Translations under genes and position numbers: made by a program
In this document: positions 1 to 8,826 of the stretch, piece by piece
Position numbering within the stretch: the stretch's first letter is position 1
Layout: every line of letters starts with the position of its first letter
Source of the DNA: an uncultured Planctomycetales bacterium
GTDB lineage: Bacteria > Planctomycetota > Phycisphaerae > UBA1845 > PWPN01
Reading direction: 5' to 3'
NCBI GenBank assembly: GCA_964653435.1
Contig: CAZZFA010000003.1
Coordinates: 9,521 to 73,520 of the forward strand
Length of the DNA stretch: 64,000 nt
The notes under the pieces: generated by a model
The model's input: only the letters and a program-made list of their open reading frames with translations
Told to the model about the DNA's origin: nothing
Database searches by the model: none

Positions 1-734
1 AAGGGAACAGCGTACCGCTGCGGGGCGATCTGGTGGCGGACTTGTCCGAATGGCTGGCCGATAAGCTGGCGTCGCTCCAAGAGGCCGCAATCGCGTCGGG
101 CAGGCCCGTGCCGATGCGCGTACCGCCCGACTCGTTGCTGTTCAACGTGCCGGATGGGCTGCTACGGATCATGGATCGCGACCTTGTGACCGTCGGCATC
201 GCCCGTCGGGTGAAACGCAACGATAAGTGGCGCATCGATAAGCGCGACGAACGCGGGCGGACGATCGATGTCCATGCCCTTCGTACCACCTTCGGGACGC
301 TTCTCAGCAAGGGCGGGGTGACGCTGCGGACGGCGCAGGCCGCGATGCGGCATTCTGACCCGAAGCTGACCGCCAACGTATACACCGACCCGAAGTTGCT
401 CGACGTGGCGGGGGCGCTGGACGCACTGCCGAGCCTGCCGCTGGACGGCGGCCGTGAGGCCCAGCGGCAACGGGCGACGGGCACGACGGACGCTTCCCCG
501 CTTGTACCGCCGCTTGTACCAACTCTCGGCGAATCTGGTACAAGCGGGTCGCTCCGTGTCAGCGGCAATGGAACTGGGGGGGCTGTGAGTAACTCGGGGG
601 GCGAGGCAGAAACCAGTGAAAATGGGCCGAAAAGTCGTCGCCTGACGAACGCTGACAAGACTTCTCGCAATTGGGCGATGAGGGGCTCGAACCCCCAACC
701 TCATCCGTGTAAGGGATGCGCTCTGGCCAATTGA
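1..734 (+). CDS. Tyrosine recombinase (phage-type integrase), C-terminal catalytic portion; 5' end lies beyond the left edge
   Basis: The frame is open from nt 3 to TGA 732-734 (ORF track 33..734). Catalytic-domain motifs are IDVHALRTTFGTLL (HxxR), AQAAMRHSD (His) and ANVYTD (Tyr nucleophile). From about nt 540 third-position G+C collapses and the last 63 nt overlap the tRNA gene, so the C-terminal ~65 aa look like fortuitous read-through. Confidence 0.8.
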   Translation, partial: GNSVPLRGDLVADLSEWLADKLASLQEAAIASGRPVPMRVPPDSLLFNVPDGLLRIMDRDLVTVGIARRVKRNDKWRIDKRDERGRTIDVHALRTTFGTLLSKGGVTLRTAQAAMRHSDPKLTANVYTDPKLLDVAGALDALPSLPLDGGREAQRQRATGTTDASPLVPPLVPTLGESGTSGSLRVSGNGTGGAVSNSGGEAETSENGPKSRRLTNADKTSRNWAMRGSNPQPHPCKGCALAN

Positions 735-745
735 GCTAATCGCCC
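672..745 (-). tRNA. tRNA-Val (anticodon TAC)
   Basis: The reverse complement folds by hand into a 74-nt cloverleaf. Acceptor GGGCGAT/ATCGCCC, D arm GCTC-AATTGGCCA-GAGC, anticodon arm CATCC-CTTACAC-GGATG, 5-nt variable loop, T arm GGGGG-TTCGAGC-CCCTC, discriminator A. CCA is not encoded. Confidence 0.9.
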
Positions 746-889
746 GCTTGGACGGGTTCTCAGTATACCCGCGCCGGCGGCGATTTCCATGATGCCGAGG
801 ACGTATGAGCCGGGCGCGCCGCTGCCTGGGTCGGCGCGGAGTCGGGGGCGGCCCGGCCCGCCAGCGCGGGATGCGGCGCGGCGGCGCGC

Positions 890-931
890 AAAAAACGCGT
901 CTCCGACCCTCGTTACGAAAGCCGGAGACGC
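890..931 (-). terminator. Rho-independent terminator-like hairpin (minus strand)
   Basis: The minus strand reads GCGTCTCCG-G-CTTTCG-TAA-CGAGGG-T-CGGAGACGC followed by G TTTTTT (A6 at 890-895 on the plus strand). The outer 9-bp stem is 897-905/923-931, with an inner ~6-bp stem. Confidence 0.55.
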
Positions 932-1544
932 TGTCCCCAAATCCTCGGAACCATCCGGGCCGTTGGGAACCGGCAAATGCGTGACGCCCCGCATGACGCC
1001 CCGCATGGACTCTCTTGCCGCCGGTGACTCCGTCCGGCGGCGTGCTACTCTCCCCGGTCGTGCGACCCGCCGGCCGAATCCGGCGGACCATTCCATATCG
1101 CATGCCGCGCCGCCAGGGCGCTCCCTACCACTGCGGCGGGATGACTGCACGCCCGGGCGGCGCGGGCTTCAGGCGATTCGACGGCTTGATCAAGCCTCGT
1201 GCCCGCGGCAGGCGGCACGCGATGTTACCGGGTCGTGTCCGCGCTACCGCATTCATGCAAGTGAACCATACGAAACAAATGGCGACGGGGCAAACGAATC
1301 CCGCAGTTCCTGTGACGGTTACGCGTGCAGATGTCCAACGGCCCATAAGGAAACGGCGTGGCGAATCCGGCCTGTTCGGCGGTCTGATTGCGCTTGCGGG
1401 GCGGTAGGGGCCCGTCTTTGCGCTCGTGGATTGGCGCGCAGCCGGGGTGCCCCCGCGTGCGTGGGCTTCGGCTTCAGGACGCGGCGGGCTTGCCGCGCGA
1501 GCGGCCGGTGAGCCTGGCGCGTGGGCGGTCGTCGGCGGGGCAGC

Positions 1545-3371
1545 TCATTCCACCGTGACGCTCTTGGCGAGGTTGCGCGGCTTGTCCACATTGCAGCCGC
1601 GGAGCACGGCGGCGTGATACGCGAGCAGTTGCAGCGGCACCACCGTAAGCAGGGGTTGCAGCGGCTCTGGGCAGTCGGGAACGTAGAATACGTGGCGGGC
1701 GTGCCGGCGGATCTCGTCGTCGCCCTGCGTGGCCACGGCGATGACATGGCCGCCGCGACTCCGCACTTCCTCGATGTTGCCGATCACCTTGTCGTACTGA
1801 CTGCCGCGCGTCGCGATGAAGACGGCCGGCATCCCGTCGCTGATCAGTGCGATCGGACCGTGCTTCATCTCGGCGGCGGGCATGCCTTCGGCGTGGATAT
1901 AGCTGATTTCCTTGAGTTTCAGGGCGCCCTCGAGGGCCACCGGGTAATGATAGCCGCGCCCGAGGAACAGCCAGTTCTCCCGGCCGACCAGGTCCTCACA
2001 GACCCGGCGGATCCGGTCCGATTGATCGAGCACCTCGCTGATCTGATCGGGAATCCGGTTCAGGGCGTGGATGAGATGGGCGGCGTCGTGCTGTGACAGG
2101 AACTTCCTTCGCCCGAGGTAGATCGCCAGCATCGCGAGCACGGCCAACTGGCTCGTGAACGCCTTCGTGCTGGCAACGCCGATTTCCGGTCCGCAGTGGA
2201 GGTAGATTCCCGCGTCGGTCTCCCGTGCGATGGTGCTGCCGACCACGTTGACGATGCCCAGGGCGATTGCGCCGCGTTCGCGCGCCTCGCGCAATGCGGC
2301 GAGCGTGTCCGCCGTCTCGCCGGACTGGCTGATCGCAATGATGATGCTCCCGAACTCGATCACGGGGTTCCGGTAGCGGAACTCGCTGGCGTATTCGGTC
2401 TCGGCGGGGATTTTGGCGATGTCTTCCAGGAGGTATTCGCCCACAAGGCCGGCGTGCCACGCCGTCCCCTGGGCCGTAAAGATGAAACGGCGGGCCCGGA
2501 CCAGCTCCCGCGAGAACTTGTCGATCCCGCCCAGGTGGACGGTGCCCTCGTGCACGTCCAGCCGCCCGCGAAGCGTATTGCGCAGGGACTGGGGCTGCTC
2601 GAGGATCTCCTTCTGCATGAAGTGCTCGTGGCCGCCCAGCTCGATCTGTTCGAGCGACCATTCGACTTCCTGGACGTCCTTGGTGACGGGGACGGCATCA
2701 AGGGTGGTCGTGCGGAACCCGTCGCGCGAGACAACCGCCATCTCGCCGTCGGCGAGATAGACGACCTGAGTAGTATGTTCAATGATCGCGGAGGCATCCG
2801 AGGCGACCAGATACTCTCCGTTGCCGATGCCGATGATCAAGGGGCTTCCCTTGCGGGCCACGACGATGCGGTCGGGCTCGTCCGCACAGAGCACGGCGAT
2901 GCCGTAGGTGCCCTGGATCTCGTGCAGGGCGGAGCGCACCGCGTGTTCGATGTCGCCGCTGTAGAAGTGCCCCACGAGCTGCGCGAGCACCTCCGTGTCC
3001 GTCTCGCTGTGGAAGACGACCCCCTGCGCGTCCAGGAACTTCCGAAGCGACTGGTAGTTCTCGATAATGCCGTTGTGGACCAGCGCGATGCGTCCGTCGA
3101 GGGCCAGATGGGGATGGGCGTTGGCCTCGCTCGGCGCGCCGTGCGTCGCCCACCGGGTATGGGCGATGCCGATCGTTGCGTCGCTGTCATGGCCGGCCAG
3201 CTTGCCTTCGAGCATGCTGATGCGGCCCTTGGCGCGGGCCAGAAAGATGCGCCCGTTCTCGAGCATCGCGATGCCGGCCGAGTCATACCCGCGGTATTCA
3301 AGCCGCTTGAGGCCCTCGATCAGGATGGGCTCGGCGCGCTTGTGTCCGATATAACCGACGATCCCGCACAT
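1545..3371 (-). CDS. glmS: Glutamine--fructose-6-phosphate aminotransferase (isomerising)
   Basis: The ORF track gives 1545..3425. The real start is the ATG at 3371, giving MCGIVGYIG (Cys2 nucleophile of class-II amidotransferases). Two SIS domains and the C-terminal KPRNLAKSVTVE are typical of GlmS. Confidence 0.95.
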   Translation of the reverse strand: MCGIVGYIGHKRAEPILIEGLKRLEYRGYDSAGIAMLENGRIFLARAKGRISMLEGKLAGHDSDATIGIAHTRWATHGAPSEANAHPHLALDGRIALVHNGIIENYQSLRKFLDAQGVVFHSETDTEVLAQLVGHFYSGDIEHAVRSALHEIQGTYGIAVLCADEPDRIVVARKGSPLIIGIGNGEYLVASDASAIIEHTTQVVYLADGEMAVVSRDGFRTTTLDAVPVTKDVQEVEWSLEQIELGGHEHFMQKEILEQPQSLRNTLRGRLDVHEGTVHLGGIDKFSRELVRARRFIFTAQGTAWHAGLVGEYLLEDIAKIPAETEYASEFRYRNPVIEFGSIIIAISQSGETADTLAALREARERGAIALGIVNVVGSTIARETDAGIYLHCGPEIGVASTKAFTSQLAVLAMLAIYLGRRKFLSQHDAAHLIHALNRIPDQISEVLDQSDRIRRVCEDLVGRENWLFLGRGYHYPVALEGALKLKEISYIHAEGMPAAEMKHGPIALISDGMPAVFIATRGSQYDKVIGNIEEVRSRGGHVIAVATQGDDEIRRHARHVFYVPDCPEPLQPLLTVVPLQLLAYHAAVLRGCNVDKPRNLAKSVTVE

Positions 3372-3553
3372 AAACAGTTCTCCTGCGAACGGGCGGGGCC
3401 TGCGTGCCCGTATGCGCCTCGACACACCTGTACAGGATTATCGGTTGCCCGGAAGGACGAATCAACGAATACGGCCTGTCGCGAATGTGTGTTTTTCGAG
3501 CGGATGCGGGCTTTGCCGTTCTTTTCACAGCGGTCCGCCGGCGGCGCAGGACC

Positions 3554-4312
3554 TCAGCGGGACGGCGGAGCCACGACGGCGTGCTTGCGCAACTGGTTCA
3601 GTGCGGCGCGGAAGTCCTTCGGCAGGGGAGCTTCCCATCGCATTCGCTCGCCCGTGGAGGGGTGCTCGAACTCGATGGTCTCGGCGTGCAGGGAGAGCCG
3701 GCCGATCAGCGGGCGTTCCTCATGGCGGCGGGGTGGGTTGTAGTCGGCCTTGAACGTCGACAGCATGAGAGCCTCACTTCCGCCGTAGAGCGTGTCGACG
3801 GCAAGCGGCATGCCCGCGAGCTGCAGGTGCAGACGGATCTGGTGTTGCCGGCCGGTCAGGGGCCGGCAGCGCAGCAGCGCGTAGCCGGCGAAGCGTTCGA
3901 TCAGCTCCCATTCGGTAACGGCCGGCTTGCCGCGTTTCGGATTGACGCAGACGCGGACGACCTCGCCGCGCATCTCGCCGATCGGGGCATCGATGCGTCC
4001 GGTCGGTTCGTCGGGCGCGCCGCGGACGAGGGCGACGTAGGTCTTCGCGACCGTGCGCGCCACGAACTGTGCCGTCAGGGCGCGTTGAGCCTCGACCGTT
4101 TTCGCCACGACAAGGACGCCGCTCGTGTCGCGGTCGATCCGGTGCACGATCCGCAGCGGGCAGGCGAAGGGTTGCCGGGACGTTTCGGTGAGCCGCGAGA
4201 GGATCGTTTCGCCCGTGCCGTGCCGTTCGGGGACGCACGGAAGGCCGGCCGGCTTGTTGATCACGAGGATGTCGTCGTCTTCGTGCAGGATTGCGATGGA
4301 TTCGCGTCGCAT
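3554..4312 (-). CDS. RluA-family pseudouridine synthase
   Basis: ILHEDDDILVINKPAGL, and HRIDRDTSGVLVVAK containing the catalytic Asp motif. The ATG at 4312 (MRRESIAIL) was chosen over the ORF-track start 4630, which would overlap the upstream gene. Confidence 0.85.
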   Translation of the reverse strand: MRRESIAILHEDDDILVINKPAGLPCVPERHGTGETILSRLTETSRQPFACPLRIVHRIDRDTSGVLVVAKTVEAQRALTAQFVARTVAKTYVALVRGAPDEPTGRIDAPIGEMRGEVVRVCVNPKRGKPAVTEWELIERFAGYALLRCRPLTGRQHQIRLHLQLAGMPLAVDTLYGGSEALMLSTFKADYNPPRRHEERPLIGRLSLHAETIEFEHPSTGERMRWEAPLPKDFRAALNQLRKHAVVAPPSR

Positions 4313-4337
4313 GGGTCGGGTCGTTCCCTCCGTCGCG

Positions 4338-5351
4338 TCAGGGTTTCTCCGGTCCGGGCTGATCCAGTTGCAGCGCCTCGAGCCGCGACGAGCCTCCCGC
4401 CTGGCCGATCGTGATGATCGTATCGTGGGCCTGCAGGACGGCGTCGGCGCCCGGGTTGAAGGTCGTGCGGCCGTCGGGATGCTGGATGGCGACCACCATG
4501 ACGTTGGCGCGTTGACGAATCTGCGCCTCGCGAAGGGTCTTGCCCTGCATGGGGGAGCCGGGGGCGATGAGGTACTCGTCCATTTCCAGTTCCACGCCGC
4601 GTGCCGCCATATCGACGAAGTCGACGACATGCGGGCGGGTGAGGAGGTTGGCGATTCTCGCCGCCCCGATCGCGTGCGCGCTGAGCACGCGGTTGGCCCC
4701 GGCGCGCAGCAGCTTCGGTTCCGAGGCGCTCTGCTCGGCGCGGCTGATGATGAACAGGTCCTTTTGCAGGCCGCGAGCCGTGAGGGTCACGAAGACGTTG
4801 TCCGCGTCGTGGGGGAGCACGCAGACCAGCGCCCGGGCGCGCAGGATGCCGGCCTCCAGGAGCGTGCTCTCTTCCGAGGCGTCGCCCAGGACGTACAGCA
4901 TCTTCTCCTGCTCAATCCGGCGCGTCCGGGCGGAGTCCCTGTCGATGACGACGACGGGCGTGTGCCGCTCCCGGAGCCCCTGCGTCACGAGCGAGCCCAT
5001 ACGGCCGAAGCCGCAGACGATGACATGCCCGCTGAGCTGGCTGATTTGTGCGTGCAATTTCCGACTCCCCAGCATACGGCCGACTTCGCCGCCCACGATC
5101 ATGGCGGTCACCGTGCCGAAGGCGGCGAAGACCGTGCCGATCCCGAAGACAATGATCACTATCGTCCAGATCCGCCCTGTGCCGTGCAGGGGAAAGACCT
5201 CGCGATATCCCACCGTGGAGAGCGTGGTTGCGGTCATGAACGCCGCATCCGCGAACGACGCCCCTTCCAGCACGACATAGCCGGCCGTGCCGACCAGGAA
5301 CACCGTCAGCAGCACGAGCAGGGCAATGATGAGCCGTTTGCGTGAATCCAT
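4338..5351 (-). CDS. 2-TM potassium-channel-like protein with cytoplasmic RCK (TrkA-N/TrkA-C) domains
   Basis: TM1 is followed by a pore helix and filter TTLSTVGYRE, then TM2. The Rossmann motif VIVCGFGRMG and a TrkA-C-like C terminus follow. The filter is non-canonical (Arg in place of the second Gly). Confidence 0.8.
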   Translation of the reverse strand: MDSRKRLIIALLVLLTVFLVGTAGYVVLEGASFADAAFMTATTLSTVGYREVFPLHGTGRIWTIVIIVFGIGTVFAAFGTVTAMIVGGEVGRMLGSRKLHAQISQLSGHVIVCGFGRMGSLVTQGLRERHTPVVVIDRDSARTRRIEQEKMLYVLGDASEESTLLEAGILRARALVCVLPHDADNVFVTLTARGLQKDLFIISRAEQSASEPKLLRAGANRVLSAHAIGAARIANLLTRPHVVDFVDMAARGVELEMDEYLIAPGSPMQGKTLREAQIRQRANVMVVAIQHPDGRTTFNPGADAVLQAHDTIITIGQAGGSSRLEALQLDQPGPEKP

Positions 5352-5432
5352 AAGGCTCGGGCGCGGGATGCCGATCGCACACCGCGCAAGTCGTGCAGAG
5401 GTTCCTCCGGCCGCCCGCCGCTTGCGAGCCGT

Positions 5433-6743
5433 TCACCGTCGCCGGCGCCGGCGGGCCGGCTTGAACTTACTGCCCAGCGTCTTGGGGATGGTCGGCGCGG
5501 CGGCGGCCTCGCCGGACCCGCCGAATACGCTCTGCTCGAAGCGCGACCGCGGCGTCTCGGTCGGCGAGAGGCTCGACCAGGCCGCCTCCTCGGCAGGGGG
5601 CGGGCTGGGCTCGAAACCCTCGATCGTGTCCCGTTCCAGCATCTTGTTGATGAGCTTCTCGATCTCCGTGAGCTGCTTGCCCTGCTCCTTCGTGACGAAG
5701 GTGTACGCGCGGCCGAAGGCGCCCATGCGGGCGGTTCGCCCGATGCGGTGCACGTACACGTCCGGGTCGTCGGGGATGTCGTAGTTGATGATGTGGCTGA
5801 TCGCGTGCACGTCAATCCCGCGCGAGGCCAGGTCGGTCGCGATGAGGAGGCGAATCTGGTGTTTGCGGAACCGCGCCATCACGCGGTCGCGCTTCTGCTG
5901 CACCAGGTCGCCGTGTATCTCCTTCGCCTCGATGCCGGCCTGATGGAGCCGGTGGGCCAGCTTCCGGGCGCCGTGCTTGGTCCGGCAGAAGATGATGGCC
6001 AGCTTCGGCTGATCCCGCTTGAGCAGGGCCAGCAGGAGGCGGAACTTGTCCCACGGCTCGACGGAGAAATAGGCCTGCGACACCTCCTCCACGGTCAGCT
6101 CGTCCCGCGAGACGTTCAGCTCGAGCGGGTCGTTCGCATACTGGCTTACCAGTCGTTTGATCTCGTCCTCGATCGTCGCCGAGACGGAGATCGTCTGGTG
6201 CGGCGTGCGAATCTGCGAGAGGATGCGGCGGATGTCGTCGCGGAAGCCGATATCGAGCATCCGGTCCACCTCGTCGAGGACGGCGAAGCGGATCTCCTCG
6301 AACGAGAGCGCCCGCCGGTCGAGCAGGTCCATCAGCCGGCCGGGCGTGGCGACGACGATGTGCGGTTTGCGGCCGAGCTGGTGAAGCTGATGCCTGATCC
6401 GCTCGCCTCCGTAAACCGGTACGCAGCGCACGCGGGTAAACTCGTTGAGACGGATGATTTCGGCGGCGGCCTGCACGGCGAGTTCGCGCGTCGGCACCAG
6501 GACGATCGCCTGGAGCCGCCGATCCGGGTCGACGCGTTGCGAAACGGGCAGCCCGAAGGCGGCCGTCTTGCCGGTGCCCGTGCGGGCCTGTCCGATGACG
6601 TCCCGGCCGGCCAGAACGGGCGGAATCAACGCGCGTTGAATCTCCGTGGGCTCTCGAAAACCGATTTTCGACAGGGCCTTCAGCCAGGGCAACTCGACCC
6701 CAAGCTCAGCAAATGCGGATGGGGCCTGCGGCGGTGGGTGCAT
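5433..6743 (-). CDS. DEAD-box ATP-dependent RNA helicase
   Basis: Q motif FREPTEIQ, motif I AQARTGTGKT, Ia PTRELA, II VLDEVDRML (DEVD variant), III SAT, VI HRIGRTAR. Basic C-terminal tail KPARRRRRR. Confidence 0.9.
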   Translation of the reverse strand: MHPPPQAPSAFAELGVELPWLKALSKIGFREPTEIQRALIPPVLAGRDVIGQARTGTGKTAAFGLPVSQRVDPDRRLQAIVLVPTRELAVQAAAEIIRLNEFTRVRCVPVYGGERIRHQLHQLGRKPHIVVATPGRLMDLLDRRALSFEEIRFAVLDEVDRMLDIGFRDDIRRILSQIRTPHQTISVSATIEDEIKRLVSQYANDPLELNVSRDELTVEEVSQAYFSVEPWDKFRLLLALLKRDQPKLAIIFCRTKHGARKLAHRLHQAGIEAKEIHGDLVQQKRDRVMARFRKHQIRLLIATDLASRGIDVHAISHIINYDIPDDPDVYVHRIGRTARMGAFGRAYTFVTKEQGKQLTEIEKLINKMLERDTIEGFEPSPPPAEEAAWSSLSPTETPRSRFEQSVFGGSGEAAAAPTIPKTLGSKFKPARRRRRR

Positions 6744-6885
6744 ACCAGCTCCGTAACAACCTCAACAAAAGACCCATTATGATACCCCCGTCGAGGCCGG
6801 CATGCCAGCCCTGCGTTGCGCCGCGCCGCGGGCGAACGCCCGCGCGGGTTGTCCCCGCACGCGGCCGACGATAGATTCGGCGTGC

Positions 6886-8049
6886 ATGGTGCTACCCGAC
6901 GAGACGGTTCCCGCGGGGCCGCCCCGGGCGATAATCAGTCGCGCGGCCATCCGGCACAACCTGGACCTCGTTCGCCGGGCCGTCGGAGCCGGCGTGCGGC
7001 TTTGCCCGGCCGTCAAGGCGGACGCCTACGGACATGGTGTGGCGGCGGTATTGCCCGCACTGCGCGAGGCGGGTGTGGACATCGTGGCGGTGGCAACGTT
7101 CGCCGAGGCCGTTGAGCTTCGCTCGCTGCGCTGGACAGGCGGAATCCTGGCGTTCGGCAGGCCCGTGACGGGCGCGACAGCGCGCGAAGCGAGCGAGCTG
7201 GCCTGCGAGGCGATCCGGCACAACGTCGTCTGCACCATCGCGACCGTTGCCGAGGCGGAATCGCTGGCCGCCGCCGCCGCCCGGGCGGGGCGACCGGCGA
7301 TCGTGCACGTCAAGCTTGACAGCGGCATGAGCCGGGCGGGCCTGCTGCCGGAGGAGGCAGCAGGGTTTGTGCGGAAACTGCGATCGATGCCGGGCCTGCG
7401 GGTCGAGGGTGTCTACACGCATTTCGCGACGGCTGACGAGGCGGACCTGACGTTCACGCGGGGGCAACTCGCCGTGTTTCGGGACGCCGCCACCGGGCTC
7501 GACGTGGCGGTCCGGCACGCGGCGAACAGCGCGGCCGTCTTCCGGTTGCCGGAGTCGCACTTTGACATGGTACGGCCGGGCGTGGCGGTGTACGGCTACT
7601 GGCCCGATCCGAGCCGGCGGCCGCCGGTTCCGCTGCGGCCGTGTCTGCGACTGGTGGGGCGTCTTGCGGCGGTGAAGCGGGTTCCGAAAGGCAGCGCCGT
7701 CGGCTACGGCCGGACCTTTGTTGCGCCGCGAGAGAGTGTGCTGGGCCTCGTGCCGGTGGGGTACGGGGACGGATACCGGCGGGCATTGAGCAACCAGGCC
7801 GTGATGACGCTGCGCGCCGGAACCGATCGGCAGGCCGTCGTGCCCGTGGTCGGACGGATCAGCATGGACCAGACGATCCTCGATGTGACGGATGTGCCGG
7901 ACGTACGCGAGGGCGAGCCGGTGGTGATCATTGATGATGATCCGGACGCGCCGAACTCGGTGGCGGCGCTGGCCCGACTGATGAACACGATCCCGTACGA
8001 GGTGACGTGCGGGCTGGGGCGGAGAATCCGGCGTGTGGCGGCGGAATGA
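6886..8049 (+). CDS. alr: Alanine racemase
   Basis: PLP-lysine motif CPAVKADAYGHG and the typical C-terminal domain (GRISMDQ, IPYEV). The start at ATG 6886 is preferred over the ORF-track start 6802, but it is uncertain. Confidence 0.85.
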   Translation: MVLPDETVPAGPPRAIISRAAIRHNLDLVRRAVGAGVRLCPAVKADAYGHGVAAVLPALREAGVDIVAVATFAEAVELRSLRWTGGILAFGRPVTGATAREASELACEAIRHNVVCTIATVAEAESLAAAAARAGRPAIVHVKLDSGMSRAGLLPEEAAGFVRKLRSMPGLRVEGVYTHFATADEADLTFTRGQLAVFRDAATGLDVAVRHAANSAAVFRLPESHFDMVRPGVAVYGYWPDPSRRPPVPLRPCLRLVGRLAAVKRVPKGSAVGYGRTFVAPRESVLGLVPVGYGDGYRRALSNQAVMTLRAGTDRQAVVPVVGRISMDQTILDVTDVPDVREGEPVVIIDDDPDAPNSVAALARLMNTIPYEVTCGLGRRIRRVAAE

Positions 8050-8129
8050 GGAACTGCGGATCGTCGAGTAACCGAGTGACCGGGCGACCGGGCAACGGAC
8101 TGACGAACCGACGAAACGACGGGGTATCC

Positions 8130-8591
8130 ATGCTTCGCGAACTGTTCGAACGACAGGCGGAACTGAACCGACGGATCGGCTTCGACGCGGTAAGGCTGCG
8201 GGAGCATTTCGACCCGCAGGTCGCCGGCGAGTGGCTGAACAACTACATCGCCGCGGCGAGCAATGAGCTGGAGGAGCTTCGCAACTGCACCTACTGGAAG
8301 CACTGGTGCGCGGAGGCGAAGGCCGGCCGCCGCTTCGAGCTGCATGACCTGCAGAACGCCCGCGTCGAGGTGATCGACCTGCTCTTCTTCTGGATCAGCA
8401 TGGCCCAGTGCGTCGGCCTCGACGCCGATGACGTGATGGAGCTGTACCGCAAGAAGCTGGAGGTCAACCACCGCCGTCAGGACGCCGGCTACGCCATGGC
8501 GACCAAGACCGAGGCGGATAACCAGGGCATTCATCTCGAGGGGAAGCGACGGAACAACCGACCGACGAAGCCACGGAAAAAGACAACGTGA
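8130..8591 (+). CDS. All-alpha NTP pyrophosphohydrolase, dimeric dUTPase-like (dUTPase_2/MazG superfamily)
   Basis: MLRELFERQAELNRRIG...NELEELRNCTYWKHW...EVIDLLFFWISMA matches my recollection of the dimeric dUTPase family pattern. Start at ATG 8130 within ORF 8007..8591. Confidence 0.6.
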   Translation: MLRELFERQAELNRRIGFDAVRLREHFDPQVAGEWLNNYIAAASNELEELRNCTYWKHWCAEAKAGRRFELHDLQNARVEVIDLLFFWISMAQCVGLDADDVMELYRKKLEVNHRRQDAGYAMATKTEADNQGIHLEGKRRNNRPTKPRKKTT

Positions 8592-8826
8592 CGCCGTCTC
8601 GGCACGCACAAGAAGCCGCTCGGGCATGCGGTTCATCCCCGTTTGAGGCCCCGGCGACCGGACGGGGGCCGGCAAACCGTCGGAACCGGCCCGGCAGCCT
8701 GCCGTCCGAAGGGTATTCCATGACGAACGCTCGCTTACGAATCGCGACTTGTGAGCTCGGAGGGACGAGCCCTGCCCCCGTGCCCGTCACTTGCCTATTC
8801 CGGCCGTATTCGGAATCATAGTAGGC

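Larger units (their letters stand above)
1..745. mobile_element. Right-hand junction of a putative integrated element (integrase abutting the 3' end of tRNA-Val); the body of the element would lie left of the window
   Basis: The integrase ORF reads toward and into the 3' half of a minus-strand tRNA-Val. Integrase next to a tRNA 3' end is the classic genomic-island or prophage arrangement. The other att repeat is not in the window. Confidence 0.45.

Noticed and set aside
789-1511. ORFs in the tRNA-Val/glmS gap (789..1511+, 1015..1407+, 701..1150-, 162..1103-, 1125..1346-) considered as possible genes.
   Set aside because: They are Arg/Pro-rich or lack GC3 bias, carry no motifs, and several run straight through the terminator hairpin or the tRNA. 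The region is reported as unexplained rather than as coding.
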